A stretch of 64,000 nucleotides of DNA from an uncultured Nitrospiraceae bacterium. Lineage in GTDB: Bacteria > Nitrospirota > Nitrospiria > Nitrospirales > Nitrospiraceae. Numbering within the stretch: the first letter of the stretch is position 1; each line of letters starts with the position of its first letter. The notes below the pieces were generated by a model. That model saw only the letters and a list, made by a program, of their open reading frames with translations. It searched no databases and was not told the DNA's origin. Position numbers and translations under genes: made by a program. The stretch covers positions 2,592,001 through 2,656,000 of the forward strand of contig CAWJWJ010000002.1 of NCBI GenBank assembly GCA_963846575.1, given 5' to 3'. Below, one piece after another: positions 19,645 through 29,616 of this stretch.

Positions 19645-20907
19645 TCAGCGGACCGGATGAAGGTCTGCAGCAGTTTTCCCTTGGTTTTGATTGTCCAACA
19701 GCAATCGCTTCGAAACGGCCTTGGCGCGTTCCTCGAGGCGTTCGGCCTCCCCTGATCGCTGCCTCCGCCTTAACAGTGAGGCATAGCTCTTCAACGTTTT
19801 GGCATAGGCTTCGCGATCATAGCCGACGGCATGTTCGTAAATTCCTAGTGCCTGCTTGTAGAGTTCCTCAGACTGCTCCAGCCGGTTCTGCGCTTCATAG
19901 AGTCCGGCCAGATTCTTCAGTTCAGCGGCCACCTGTGGCGTTTCGGCCCCATGTCGCTTTTCACGAATCGCAATCGCCTGCTGAAAGAGCGGCTCCGCCT
20001 GCGAATAAAGGCCCTGTAGTTCATACAATTGTCCCAAGCGGCTCATGGCCTCAGCCGTATCCACATGGTCGTTTCCGAGAGATGTCCTGAAGATTTTGAC
20101 CGCCCGCTGATACAACACTTCAGCCTGGGGGTATTGGTTCTGAGCCCTGTAGGTGTCCGCAAGATTCTCGAGATTTCTGGCCACGATCGGATGATTCGGG
20201 CCAAACGCTTTTTCATGGATCGTCAGCGCCCGTTGGTACAGCGGCATGGCGCGGGCATGTTGTCCCTGTGCCTGGTAGATTTTCGCCAGATTGTCGCGTG
20301 TGATGGCCGTGAGGCTATGCTCCGGCCCCATCTGTTTCTCAAAGATGGCGAGTGCCCGTTGCAGCAGGGGCTCGGCATCGGCAAATCGCCGCTGATCCTG
20401 GTAGACGACGGCGATGTTGTTCAGGCTCTCGGCGGTCTTGCTGTGATCCGCGCCATACACCTTCTCGCGAATCTCCCTGGCCCGTTGGTGAAGGGCTTCC
20501 GACTGTGTGTACAGTCCTTGCAATCGATAGAGTTCGCCCAGGTCGGTCAAACTCGACGCCGTCTCGGCATGGGCCGGTCCATATACACGCTCCCTGATGG
20601 CGAGGGCTTCCTGGAAAAGTGCTTCGGCTCGAGGATAACGCCCCAACTCGCGATTCACCTGGCCCAGTTGGCTCAGGGTTTCGGCCAGGCGTTTTCCCTG
20701 CGGATCAAGCACATCCGCCTCCTTGCGGGCAGCCACATAGGCCTCCTCGGCACGGGTATAGTCGCCGGAGCGCATGGCGGTATCACCCTCCCGCATGGCT
20801 GAACGCCAACGCTGATCCTCGGCACACCCAGTGAGGAATGCCAGGAAGGCCATGCCGATGATGGGCAAACGCGCTCTCGATCGGATATTCATATCAATCA
20901 ACTTCAC
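19645..20907 (-). CDS. Tetratricopeptide repeat lipoprotein (kinesin-light-chain-like 42-aa TPRs)
   Basis: Lipobox LTGC; about 7 repeats of AExLxQxALxIxEKxxGxxHxxTAxSLxxL. Confidence 0.85.
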   Translation of the reverse strand: MKLIDMNIRSRARLPIIGMAFLAFLTGCAEDQRWRSAMREGDTAMRSGDYTRAEEAYVAARKEADVLDPQGKRLAETLSQLGQVNRELGRYPRAEALFQEALAIRERVYGPAHAETASSLTDLGELYRLQGLYTQSEALHQRAREIREKVYGADHSKTAESLNNIAVVYQDQRRFADAEPLLQRALAIFEKQMGPEHSLTAITRDNLAKIYQAQGQHARAMPLYQRALTIHEKAFGPNHPIVARNLENLADTYRAQNQYPQAEVLYQRAVKIFRTSLGNDHVDTAEAMSRLGQLYELQGLYSQAEPLFQQAIAIREKRHGAETPQVAAELKNLAGLYEAQNRLEQSEELYKQALGIYEHAVGYDREAYAKTLKSYASLLRRRQRSGEAERLEERAKAVSKRLLLDNQNQGKTAADLHPVR

Positions 20908-21116
20908 GCTGTAAGGGTTGGTGTTCGGAGACCAGTCGCTTCGTGGGTGATGGATAGACTTACCTGCTCTGCCCCCTCAAATCAACCCTGGAGTTGATAC
21001 TTTTTTGTGCCTGATCTCCAGGCCTTATATTTCAACATCTTTATGGATCAGTCAGGGGGCCGCGCGGAACCGGAGGACGGCTCAGTTCTGGGACGGCTGA
21101 AGCGATGAGGCGGATG

Positions 21117-23135
21117 TCATCGCTGTTCGGCGGGGTGGTCGATCTGCGGTGCCAGCCTGGCAATCGTCGACGTATCGTAGGGCAACACGCTGAATACCTT
21201 GGCCACGTCGATGGCCGGCTTACCGGGACGCAGCACCCGTTGTACCAACGTCGCCAGCCACGAGATCGGCACGAGCAGCATCCTTGGGAGCCAGACCACC
21301 GTCAGGTCGGGGTTGGCCTGACGCAGACGATCCAGGAGTTCTCGTTTGGTGGGGGAGACGGGATCGAGCAGATTCAGCGGCGTCGGGACGGGGTCCCAGG
21401 CTTCCGTCATCCAGCCAAGAAACCGTCCGGCGAACCCGACATCCACGACCCCCAGACGGTCCTTTGATGAACCGACAGCCACGAAGAAATTGCCCAGACG
21501 TTTTCCGAGCCGTCCCGGCGGATCAAAGTCGCGATAGTCCACCAGAGCGCCCGGGCGAACGACCTTCACCGAGAGGCCCAGTTCCTTTCCCAATCGTACT
21601 GCGAGTCGTTCCGATTCGAGCTTTCCCCAGACATAGGGACCAGACCCCTTACTGTCCGGCTCCAAGGGATGGTCATCGCCGATCGGGGAACCGCTTCCTT
21701 GCGCCAGCACCGCTAAGCTGCTGACGTGAACGAACTTCCGAATGCCCGCCGCTGCGGCTCCCCGGACCATATGCTCCGTCGCATCTAACGAATTGCGCTG
21801 GTGCTCGGGCCACCCGCCGGCGGTTTCCGCGGCCGCATGCACGACCGTGTCCACTCCTTTAAAAAGGGCTGTCGGGGCCGCGGCCGCGACATCCGCCACC
21901 ACATATTCAGCGCCGGCAATCCGCTCCCAAGGAGAAGGATCCCGGCGTGCCACCACGCGGACAGGACGGCCGCCCGAGAGTAAGGCGCGCACAATTTCCT
22001 TTCCTAGAAATCCCGTACCACCGGTCACCAGGACACCCCGTTGATCGACAGGCTTCGGCGCCGCCGCTGCCAGCGCCTTGGCCTCCCCCACCTTGAGGGC
22101 CTGTGCCACGCGTTCACAGATGCGCACCGTTTCCAACAGACTGTCGGGCGACAAGGGAGAGGGCCCGCCGCTACGCGCCGATTCGTAGAAGGCGGTAAAG
22201 AGTTCGGCCAACCCCGGATAGCTCCGCTGGCTCTTGAGGAAGCGACCCGCCATGGCGGACGTCGTGCCGGTCAGCAATTGCCAGGCCTGTCGATAGGGTG
22301 CAAATAACTTATCGATGCCGGACGAGCCCGGGCCAATGGCCCGCTGCGTCGTACTGCGCACGTAATCGGCAATTAACGACCCGTTTCGCCCGATCACACG
22401 CAGATAACTCTCGACTGGGCGTCCCTCCAGCGTCACGATCAGGGTTCCGGTCACTCCCCCACGTCGCACGAGTGCATGCACCGTTCCTGCCTGACTCACT
22501 TCCAGCGACAGTAGCTCGGTACGCCCCTCGACGGCCTGTTCCAACACCTGGAGCAACAGATAGACGGGGTGCGGCAGAATGTCGAGCAACTGATGGTCGG
22601 CGCGAAGTACTTTACGGCCGCCCGGCGCATGGCGGACGGTCCGAAACGAAAAATAACTTTCGACATGCACGACTCGCCCGAGCGCAGGCAGATACCGAGT
22701 CAACACCCGGGTGGGCGGTTCATACAGCAATTGATGGCCGGCACAGACCCGGAGATTTCTGGCCCTGGCGTCATCCAGGATCTGCCGCGCATCCTCTACC
22801 GACTCGGTAAAGGGTTTTTCGACATAAATATGACAGCCAGCCTTGAGTGCCATCCGGGCAAGCGCGGCATGAGAGGCCGGCGGAGTGATGATGTGGACCA
22901 CGTTGAGGCGTTCGGAGGCGAAGAGTTCCTCCGGCGTGTTGAAACAGGCGATGCCCGGCACGATGTCGCGCATGGCAGCCTGCGCGGCTTCAGAGGGGTC
23001 GGCCACCGCCACGAGTTGAACCCCTGCACAACGCACGATGGCGCGAGCATGGTGCTGCGCGTGGCGACCTGCACCGATGAGCGCAATCCGCAATGGACGG
23101 GAATCGGTGTGAGTTGTGGAGCTAGGGTATGTCAC
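21117..23135 (-). CDS. Fusion of a Gfo/Idh/MocA oxidoreductase and an extended-SDR NAD-dependent epimerase/dehydratase
   Basis: N-terminal half has IALIGAG, VEKP and D..PH. C-terminal half has VTGGTGFLG, HAAA, VSS and YVWGK (YxxxK). Confidence 0.82.
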   Translation of the reverse strand: MTYPSSTTHTDSRPLRIALIGAGRHAQHHARAIVRCAGVQLVAVADPSEAAQAAMRDIVPGIACFNTPEELFASERLNVVHIITPPASHAALARMALKAGCHIYVEKPFTESVEDARQILDDARARNLRVCAGHQLLYEPPTRVLTRYLPALGRVVHVESYFSFRTVRHAPGGRKVLRADHQLLDILPHPVYLLLQVLEQAVEGRTELLSLEVSQAGTVHALVRRGGVTGTLIVTLEGRPVESYLRVIGRNGSLIADYVRSTTQRAIGPGSSGIDKLFAPYRQAWQLLTGTTSAMAGRFLKSQRSYPGLAELFTAFYESARSGGPSPLSPDSLLETVRICERVAQALKVGEAKALAAAAPKPVDQRGVLVTGGTGFLGKEIVRALLSGGRPVRVVARRDPSPWERIAGAEYVVADVAAAAPTALFKGVDTVVHAAAETAGGWPEHQRNSLDATEHMVRGAAAAGIRKFVHVSSLAVLAQGSGSPIGDDHPLEPDSKGSGPYVWGKLESERLAVRLGKELGLSVKVVRPGALVDYRDFDPPGRLGKRLGNFFVAVGSSKDRLGVVDVGFAGRFLGWMTEAWDPVPTPLNLLDPVSPTKRELLDRLRQANPDLTVVWLPRMLLVPISWLATLVQRVLRPGKPAIDVAKVFSVLPYDTSTIARLAPQIDHPAEQR

Positions 23136-23596
23136 AAGTAGTCAGTGAGTTGCCAGCGCTACTATAGTCTATTCTCGTACGTTCTTGAAGTCTTCTCAAA
23201 ATTCCTGCACGGCGCAGACTAATCTCGACTCCGCATCGAACATCGGCCTGGGCGCTTCGAATGCCCCGCACCGCCAGCTGTGATCGGCAGGTGAGGGCAG
23301 GCCCGGCTGCTGCGCATCTTGCCCGGTCTCCATCGATCCCAGCAGCCCGGCTGCATCGTGCTACCCCTGCAAACACTACAATGCCGGCATGCGGATCACA
23401 TGGGCGTATAGATCCATTCGAGCGCCGCCAGTCCCCGGTGCTGTACGAGAGGGAATCGTGAACCCGTCAAAATCAGGCTACGTACATGGTCGTGAAGCCG
23501 AGACACCAGAACGATCGGCTTCAGAGAATCGCACGGACCTGGAGCTGACGTGCGGGTGGGGAACTAGAAGAGGTTCCGGCCGGCTGGACGATCCCA

Positions 23597-24712
23597 TCAA
23601 TGTTTGCGATAGAAGGCCGAAATGGTCTGCACGACATACTGAAGTTGTTCGTCCGTCAACTCCGCATAGATGGGCAGGGACAGCACTTCTTCGGCGGCAC
23701 GTTCAGATTGCGGAAAGGCGCCCTTCACGTATCCCAGATCACGATAACAATTCTGCAGGTGCAGCGGCAGCGGATAATACACCTCCGTCCCCACCCCATG
23801 CTCTTTCAAATAGCCTCGCAACTCATCACGTTTCCGAACCCGGAGAGTGAATTGATTATAGACATGGAAATTGTCGGCCTCCAGGACGGGCAAGGTGACA
23901 CGATCCAGGCCGGCCTCCGTAAATAACTGCACGTACCGCGCGGCATTCCGGCGTCGCCCTTCGGCCCACTGGTCCAATCGCTTCAATTTCACCAGCAAGA
24001 CGGCGGCCTGCAGCGCATCGAGACGGCTATTGATGCCGATCGCTTCGTGAACGTAGCGCACGCGGCTCCCATGCACCCGCAGCATCGCGATGGATTCGGC
24101 CAACGCCTGATCGTTCGTCGTGACCATGCCGGCATCACCGAATCCTCCCAGATTCTTCGAGGGAAAGAAACTGAAGCAGGCCAGGTCGCCCAACACACCG
24201 GCGCGCCGACCCTGCCGGCCTGCACCGATGGCCTGACAGGCATCTTCAATCACGCCGACCTGACGTGATCGTGCAATCTCGCTGATCGTGCCCATGTCGG
24301 CGCATTGCCCGAACAGGTGTACCGGGATAATCGCCTTCGTCCGTTTCGTCATGGCCCGCTCCAGCAAACCCGGATCCATGTTGAACGTGTCCGGGCGGAT
24401 ATCAATAAACACCGGTATTGCACCCAAGCGAGAAATCGCCCCGGCCGTGGCAAAAAACGTGAACGGCACAGTGACCACTTCGTCCCCTGGCTTGACCCCC
24501 AGCGCCATCAGCCCCAGCACGAGCGCATCGCTTCCGGATGCGACCCCGACGGCATAGGCACTGCCGACGTACTTCGCGACGGCCTGCTCCAACGCCACGA
24601 CGCGCGGACCGAGGATAAATCCCTGCTCATCGCAGGTGGCTTCGATCGCAGCCAGAATTTCGGTGCGCATCGATTGGTATTGGGCTTTGAGATCAAGTAG
24701 CGGAATGTTCAT
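23597..24712 (-). CDS. DegT/DnrJ/EryC1/StrS nucleotide-sugar aminotransferase
   Basis: PFTFFAT, PVHLFGQ, EDACQAIG, SFFPSKNLG (PLP lysine), NSRLD and SLPIY motifs. Confidence 0.93.
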   Translation of the reverse strand: MNIPLLDLKAQYQSMRTEILAAIEATCDEQGFILGPRVVALEQAVAKYVGSAYAVGVASGSDALVLGLMALGVKPGDEVVTVPFTFFATAGAISRLGAIPVFIDIRPDTFNMDPGLLERAMTKRTKAIIPVHLFGQCADMGTISEIARSRQVGVIEDACQAIGAGRQGRRAGVLGDLACFSFFPSKNLGGFGDAGMVTTNDQALAESIAMLRVHGSRVRYVHEAIGINSRLDALQAAVLLVKLKRLDQWAEGRRRNAARYVQLFTEAGLDRVTLPVLEADNFHVYNQFTLRVRKRDELRGYLKEHGVGTEVYYPLPLHLQNCYRDLGYVKGAFPQSERAAEEVLSLPIYAELTDEQLQYVVQTISAFYRKH

Positions 24713-24724
24713 CGTGCCTCCCGT

Positions 24725-25921
24725 TCAACCTCCTGATCGATTCGTCTGCAGCCGCATCACGTCCCGGTCCGGACAAGCGGCATGCATGAGATACGTGTAG
24801 AGAGACTGGTACTGCTTGACCGTCTCTTGAATCGTAAACTCTTCGGGAAATTCACTTTCGCTCATCCGAAGCTCCGTTCGGTAGCGCTCGTCTTCGAGTA
24901 TCTGACCGACCCGGTCGGCCATGGCCTGTATGTCCCCCGGCTGGCAGAGCGTTCCTTGTGTATGTTCCACGATCGCCTCTGCGGCACCTCCCACACGAGT
25001 AGCCACAATCGGAATTCGACTGGCTCTGGCCTCCAGCAACACACAGGGCAATCCCTCCCACCGGGACGTCAGCACGAACACGTCGAAGGCTTTCAAGAGG
25101 GTCACGACGTCGCGACGCCAGCCCAGCAGCGTGACACGCTCCTGAAGTCCCTCGGTCCGTATCAGGGCCTCGACTTGCGGGCGCAACGCTCCATCGCCGA
25201 CCAAGACGCATCTGGCCATCGGAAAACGTTGACAGATGCGCGCAGCCACGCGGATAAAATCGTCGGGAGATTTTTGTGGTTTTAAACACGAAACCGTTCC
25301 TACCAGCAGATGATCAGGCCCGATTCCCAGTTCCTCTCGAAGTCGGTCGCGTTCCGCAGGGGCGATGCGTGCAGTAAAGGGCGCAGGATCGATCCCGGGC
25401 CTCACGACCGAGACCTTCGAGGCGGAAAAGAGCCCCCACTTGATTCCCTGGAGGCGATCCGCTTGCGACACCGCAATCCAATGAGTGGTCACCCGACCCG
25501 CCGTACGTTCCAGCGCGATCAATACCCGCCTGAACCAGAGAGGCTGCGCGGGAGTCACGCCATACCCATGTATCGTGTGCAGGATACAAGGGACCCCTGC
25601 CAGCCACGCCGCCAATCGTCCTAGGATACCAGCTTTTGAACTATGGGTGTGTACAATCTTTGGCCGCAGATGCCTGAAGAGACGCACTAACTCATAGAGG
25701 GCGCGCAGGTCGTTCAGCGGGTGAACCTCCCGCACGAGAGAGGGAACGATACAGACCTCGACGCCGTCGAGCGCACGCGCCTCATCGGTCAGCAGACCAT
25801 CAGGTCCCGCAACCAGGACCGGCCGGAAACGGTTCCGGTCCAGACCGGCCACGACCTGCATGGCCATTTCCTGCGCCCCGCCCAGTTCGAGTTTAGTGAT
25901 GACGTGACAAACGACCTGCAT
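24725..25921 (-). CDS. Glycosyltransferase family 4
   Basis: LGGAQ, HTHSSKAG, HTIHG, KPQK and SRWEGLP..LLEA motifs. Confidence 0.9.
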   Translation of the reverse strand: MQVVCHVITKLELGGAQEMAMQVVAGLDRNRFRPVLVAGPDGLLTDEARALDGVEVCIVPSLVREVHPLNDLRALYELVRLFRHLRPKIVHTHSSKAGILGRLAAWLAGVPCILHTIHGYGVTPAQPLWFRRVLIALERTAGRVTTHWIAVSQADRLQGIKWGLFSASKVSVVRPGIDPAPFTARIAPAERDRLREELGIGPDHLLVGTVSCLKPQKSPDDFIRVAARICQRFPMARCVLVGDGALRPQVEALIRTEGLQERVTLLGWRRDVVTLLKAFDVFVLTSRWEGLPCVLLEARASRIPIVATRVGGAAEAIVEHTQGTLCQPGDIQAMADRVGQILEDERYRTELRMSESEFPEEFTIQETVKQYQSLYTYLMHAACPDRDVMRLQTNRSGG

Positions 25922-25934
25922 GGAATCCCTGGTC

Positions 25935-27245
25935 TTAGGCCGCTGCTTTCATCCGCAAACGTTCGGCAAGCTGTTGTCCCTGAGCAATCGCATCCTCCAT
26001 CGAAGTATGCTCCCACAACCCGTACCGGCCCACAGAAGAAATACCGCGTCGCTCCAGTTCGCTCAGCAATTCCTTGACGGCCGCGCCGCGATACCGGTCG
26101 AAGAGCACATAGGCGTAATGGAGATCCTTCACATCGGCCATGACGAGCTCATCGGCGCGACGGAGCACACCGGCCTGCTCCAGTCCTTTTCTGACCCGCT
26201 CGATCAATGCGGCATCCGGCTCGCGCGCCTCGGGACGATGCGAGACTTCGACATAGAGAGAACTACAACCGGACTTTCCCATGGCAGGGGAAAAATTCAT
26301 GGGAAAACCCGCGCGATAAAACGGATACCGGTGTTCGGGGAAATAGAGCCAATGTTTATCCGAAATCTCTGCTCGTGCGACGGCCAGGTTCACGTTCGAA
26401 ACGGAGACCCATCGCAGCGTCGCCGCCAGGTCTCGCATCGCCGCCGGCAAATCCACGCAGCATCGGACCAATTCAGGCAAAGGCATCGTCGAGACGATCC
26501 GTTCATAGTCTTCCGTTCGCTCGCCCTGAGCACTGCGGAAGACCGCCCGGCGTCGATTCGTCTCGATTTCCACGAGTTCGGAATCGTACGCGAGGTTCTC
26601 GATCGACGGCAGAAACGCCTCGGGCAACACCTTGATACCTCCGCTGTCGGGATAGAGAAAGGAGGGGTTATAGCCGAACGCTTTGTCCTTAATCCCCAAG
26701 GCTCCGTTGACGACATCCTTCACGTCCGGTTTCGGCACCAGCCAGGACACCCAGTCCGACGTCAGTTCATCAAGGGGCACCTGCCACAGCTTTTCGTTGA
26801 ACGGGACCATAAAGTGGCGGGCGATGCCCTCGCCCAGACTATCGATGATCCACTGCTTGAACGATCGGTCTTCACCCGCAGGGTTGGAAGAGGGGTTCGA
26901 CAACGTGGCGATGAAGCCCAACAAACATTCCCGCACCACCTCGGGCGGGAGCCCATACGTATTCACTTGGAACGGGTACTCGGTATAGGTGTCATGCGAG
27001 TACACGTAGGACTTTCGCGCATGACGCCGAAGTTGCGTCGGCAGCAGACGCTCGACGAGCGCCTTGATGGCCGTTTGCCTGAAGTGGAGCAGATGCCCGG
27101 TGTAATCGAAGGTAAAACCGTCTTTGACGTATGACCGACAGAGTCCGCCAACTTCTCGTTCACGCTCCAGAATCTTGTACGGCACTCCGCGCAAATGATA
27201 GGCCGTGCTCAATCCCGCCAACCCAGCCCCGACGATGAGAATCAT
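25935..27245 (-). CDS. FAD-dependent oxidoreductase, UDP-galactopyranose mutase-like
   Basis: GAGLAGL, GGLCRS, GFTFDYTGH, YPFQ, PFNEKLW, WLYFPE..PFYR and GRYGLW motifs; glycan-cluster context. Confidence 0.75.
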   Translation of the reverse strand: MILIVGAGLAGLSTAYHLRGVPYKILEREREVGGLCRSYVKDGFTFDYTGHLLHFRQTAIKALVERLLPTQLRRHARKSYVYSHDTYTEYPFQVNTYGLPPEVVRECLLGFIATLSNPSSNPAGEDRSFKQWIIDSLGEGIARHFMVPFNEKLWQVPLDELTSDWVSWLVPKPDVKDVVNGALGIKDKAFGYNPSFLYPDSGGIKVLPEAFLPSIENLAYDSELVEIETNRRRAVFRSAQGERTEDYERIVSTMPLPELVRCCVDLPAAMRDLAATLRWVSVSNVNLAVARAEISDKHWLYFPEHRYPFYRAGFPMNFSPAMGKSGCSSLYVEVSHRPEAREPDAALIERVRKGLEQAGVLRRADELVMADVKDLHYAYVLFDRYRGAAVKELLSELERRGISSVGRYGLWEHTSMEDAIAQGQQLAERLRMKAAA

Positions 27246-28297
27246 AAAGCGCCGGTCCTTTCTACGGGGCGGGAAGCCGCCTCACTCTGCATTCCGGGAA
27301 CTCCCGCCGACACATTGAGTCGAGTCAACGCCGCAGCCGCCGCTGCCAGACAAACCATCGTCGCACCGCTCAACATCACGGCGAGGTTCTGGGGCACGGT
27401 CATGACGAGGAGACCGATGCCGCCCAGGAATGCAGCCCCGAGATAACTGATCACGACGACTTGTGTGACCGACAGACCCCAATGGCGTAACCGAATGGCC
27501 ATATGATCTGGACTGCCCAGAAATACGGGCAGACCGCGCAGGAAGCGGATGTACATCACGAACAGCGTATCGAAAATCGGCATGCCCAGGATCAGTACCG
27601 GCGTCAACAGGGAAACGGAATGGCCTTCCGTGTACTTCCCGATCATGGACAACGCCCCCAGCATCAAGCCGATGAACATAGCCCCGGAATCTCCCATATA
27701 GATTGAGGCCGGCCTCCAGTTGTACCGAAGGAACCCCAGCAGGCTTCCCATGAGCGCCGCCAGCATGAAGGCGATGGTCTGATCTCCATTCAGCACGGCA
27801 ACCGCGCACAGAAAGGCTGCGCTAATGACGCCGATCCCGGCCGATAAGCCATCCATGATGTCCAGGAGATTGAAGGCATTGATGATCCCGATCATCCAAA
27901 ACACGGTGAGCGCAATGTCGATCCAATCCGGAAGCGAGGCAATTTCAATACGAATACCGCTTTTGATCAGGATGAAGACCGCCAGAAACTGACCCGCGAG
28001 CTTCGTGCCCGGCGACAAGACTCCGAAATCGTCGATCAGTCCCAGCATGACGATGAGCGTTCCGGAGAGCACGATTCCGAGGACGTCGTGTCTGAATTCG
28101 AACGTGAAAGCCAAACTCACGAGAAAGGCCAGATAAATGGCGATGCCACCGAGGTAGGGCACCGGCTCACGCTGATGCTTCAGACGACCATCCGGCTTAT
28201 CCACGATGCCGAACTTTAAGGCCGCGCGGCGTGCGATCGGCACTCCATACGTCGAGAGAAGCGCGGCCACCACGAACGTGAGCGTCAGGAGGATCAT
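27242..28297 (-). CDS. wecA: Undecaprenyl-phosphate GlcNAc-1-phosphate transferase (WecA/MraY family)
   Basis: VDKPDGRLKH, PYLGG, GLIDD, NAFNLLDIMDGL and YMGDSG motifs; polytopic membrane protein. Confidence 0.85.
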   Translation of the reverse strand: MILLTLTFVVAALLSTYGVPIARRAALKFGIVDKPDGRLKHQREPVPYLGGIAIYLAFLVSLAFTFEFRHDVLGIVLSGTLIVMLGLIDDFGVLSPGTKLAGQFLAVFILIKSGIRIEIASLPDWIDIALTVFWMIGIINAFNLLDIMDGLSAGIGVISAAFLCAVAVLNGDQTIAFMLAALMGSLLGFLRYNWRPASIYMGDSGAMFIGLMLGALSMIGKYTEGHSVSLLTPVLILGMPIFDTLFVMYIRFLRGLPVFLGSPDHMAIRLRHWGLSVTQVVVISYLGAAFLGGIGLLVMTVPQNLAVMLSGATMVCLAAAAAALTRLNVSAGVPGMQSEAASRPVERTGAL

Positions 28298-29433
28298 CGC
28301 CTGCCCGCCGAATGACCGGTCCCCGCCACCGGGCGGTGGTCGCGCCGGGCCATTGCATGGTCCTGTTCGCCCGGAAGGAAGGTTCGGTACACCTCAGCCA
28401 GCCGCGGGCCCCAGACGCTCAGCGAATATCGTTCTTCCACCGTCCGACGACCGGACAGTCCCATCCGTACACGCAACCGGGGTTGCCGGCAGAGCGATTC
28501 CAGGCTGTCGTACCACTCTTGCTCCGTGGAGGCGAGCAGCCCGTTGTCGCCGTTCATGATGATGTTGCTGTTGACCCCCACCGGGGAGGCCACTGCGGCC
28601 AAGCCAACAGCCATATACTGGAGCAGCTTCAGCCCGCACTTGCCCCGCGCCCATTCTGTATCCTCCAGCGGCATGACACCGATCGACGCATCCTGTAAAT
28701 CCGACACCTCCCGTTGCAGCTGCCAGAACCTGAATTCAACGTCGACACCCGGCATCCGTGGCGGCCGCGAACAGACCACCCGCAGCTTCACGTGGAATCG
28801 TGGTTGCAGCGCGCGCAGAGCCGGTGCCAGCACATCGAGATATTTCAGATTGTATGCCAATCCCATCCATACGATGGTGATGATTTCAGCTGGAGTCTCA
28901 TCGGAAACGACAGCCGCCGGCGGAATCGGGACGAAGCGGTCGGTATCCACGACGGTGGGCACGATCGAAACCCGAGGCACGAATTGTCTTGCGTAGAAGG
29001 CTAACTGCTCATTTCCCACAATCGCCCCCGTGGCCATCGAGAGCACGACCGGCAGATGGTTCTCATGGCCGCGCGTCAGATAGATTGCGTCGTCCAATTC
29101 GACCACCACTCGATACCGGAACCACCGCAACAGCCGTTCCGCGACCGGAGGCAGGTATGGAAACAGCTGGCCCTCGATCACGATCAGATCCCGCGCGCCC
29201 AGCAGAAGCAGCCTCCACAGACGCCTGAGTAGACGAGCACCGACATAGGGAACTTTCAGAACTCGGCGAAGAGCAGACGGCTGCACTGCAAGGATTTTGA
29301 AATAGGTCTCATCAAAGAGCGGATCGATTGCACAGTTGATCCCTTGAGCCTGCAAATAAGGGAGAAATTGAAAGGCGCGATAGCGACTACTCGGGCCGAT
29401 GAGGGAGCTTTTTGAGAAATACGTGACCGTCAT
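28294..29433 (-). CDS. Glycosyltransferase family 4
   Basis: SSRYR, DDAIY, VPTVVD and GKCGLKLLQYMA..SPVG motifs. Confidence 0.85.
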   Translation of the reverse strand: MTVTYFSKSSLIGPSSRYRAFQFLPYLQAQGINCAIDPLFDETYFKILAVQPSALRRVLKVPYVGARLLRRLWRLLLLGARDLIVIEGQLFPYLPPVAERLLRWFRYRVVVELDDAIYLTRGHENHLPVVLSMATGAIVGNEQLAFYARQFVPRVSIVPTVVDTDRFVPIPPAAVVSDETPAEIITIVWMGLAYNLKYLDVLAPALRALQPRFHVKLRVVCSRPPRMPGVDVEFRFWQLQREVSDLQDASIGVMPLEDTEWARGKCGLKLLQYMAVGLAAVASPVGVNSNIIMNGDNGLLASTEQEWYDSLESLCRQPRLRVRMGLSGRRTVEERYSLSVWGPRLAEVYRTFLPGEQDHAMARRDHRPVAGTGHSAGRR

Positions 29434-29616
29434 TGCACGTGTTTCTGCCCGGTTGTCTCACAATCGCGGTCGGCCAGGATTCATCCTGAATGAACAAATA
29501 GTACCGGAGTTCTCAGGCAAGCATAGGTTTTTCGATGTTTTGGAAGTGCAGACTGAGAGGAAACCGCGCGAGGGCATCCCGCCGGGATCCGGCTCTGCGG
29601 CCGACGGTCTGGGTCG

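Noticed and set aside
19645..20907. 126-bp periodicity as a non-coding repeat array
   Set aside because: It is explained by 42-aa TPR units in the protein.
8558..27134. Long antisense ORFs (e.g. 8558-9565, 9611-10576, 14826-15902, 15988-17157, 25920-27134)
   Set aside because: They are shadow ORFs opposite well-supported genes in GC-rich DNA and have no motifs of their own.
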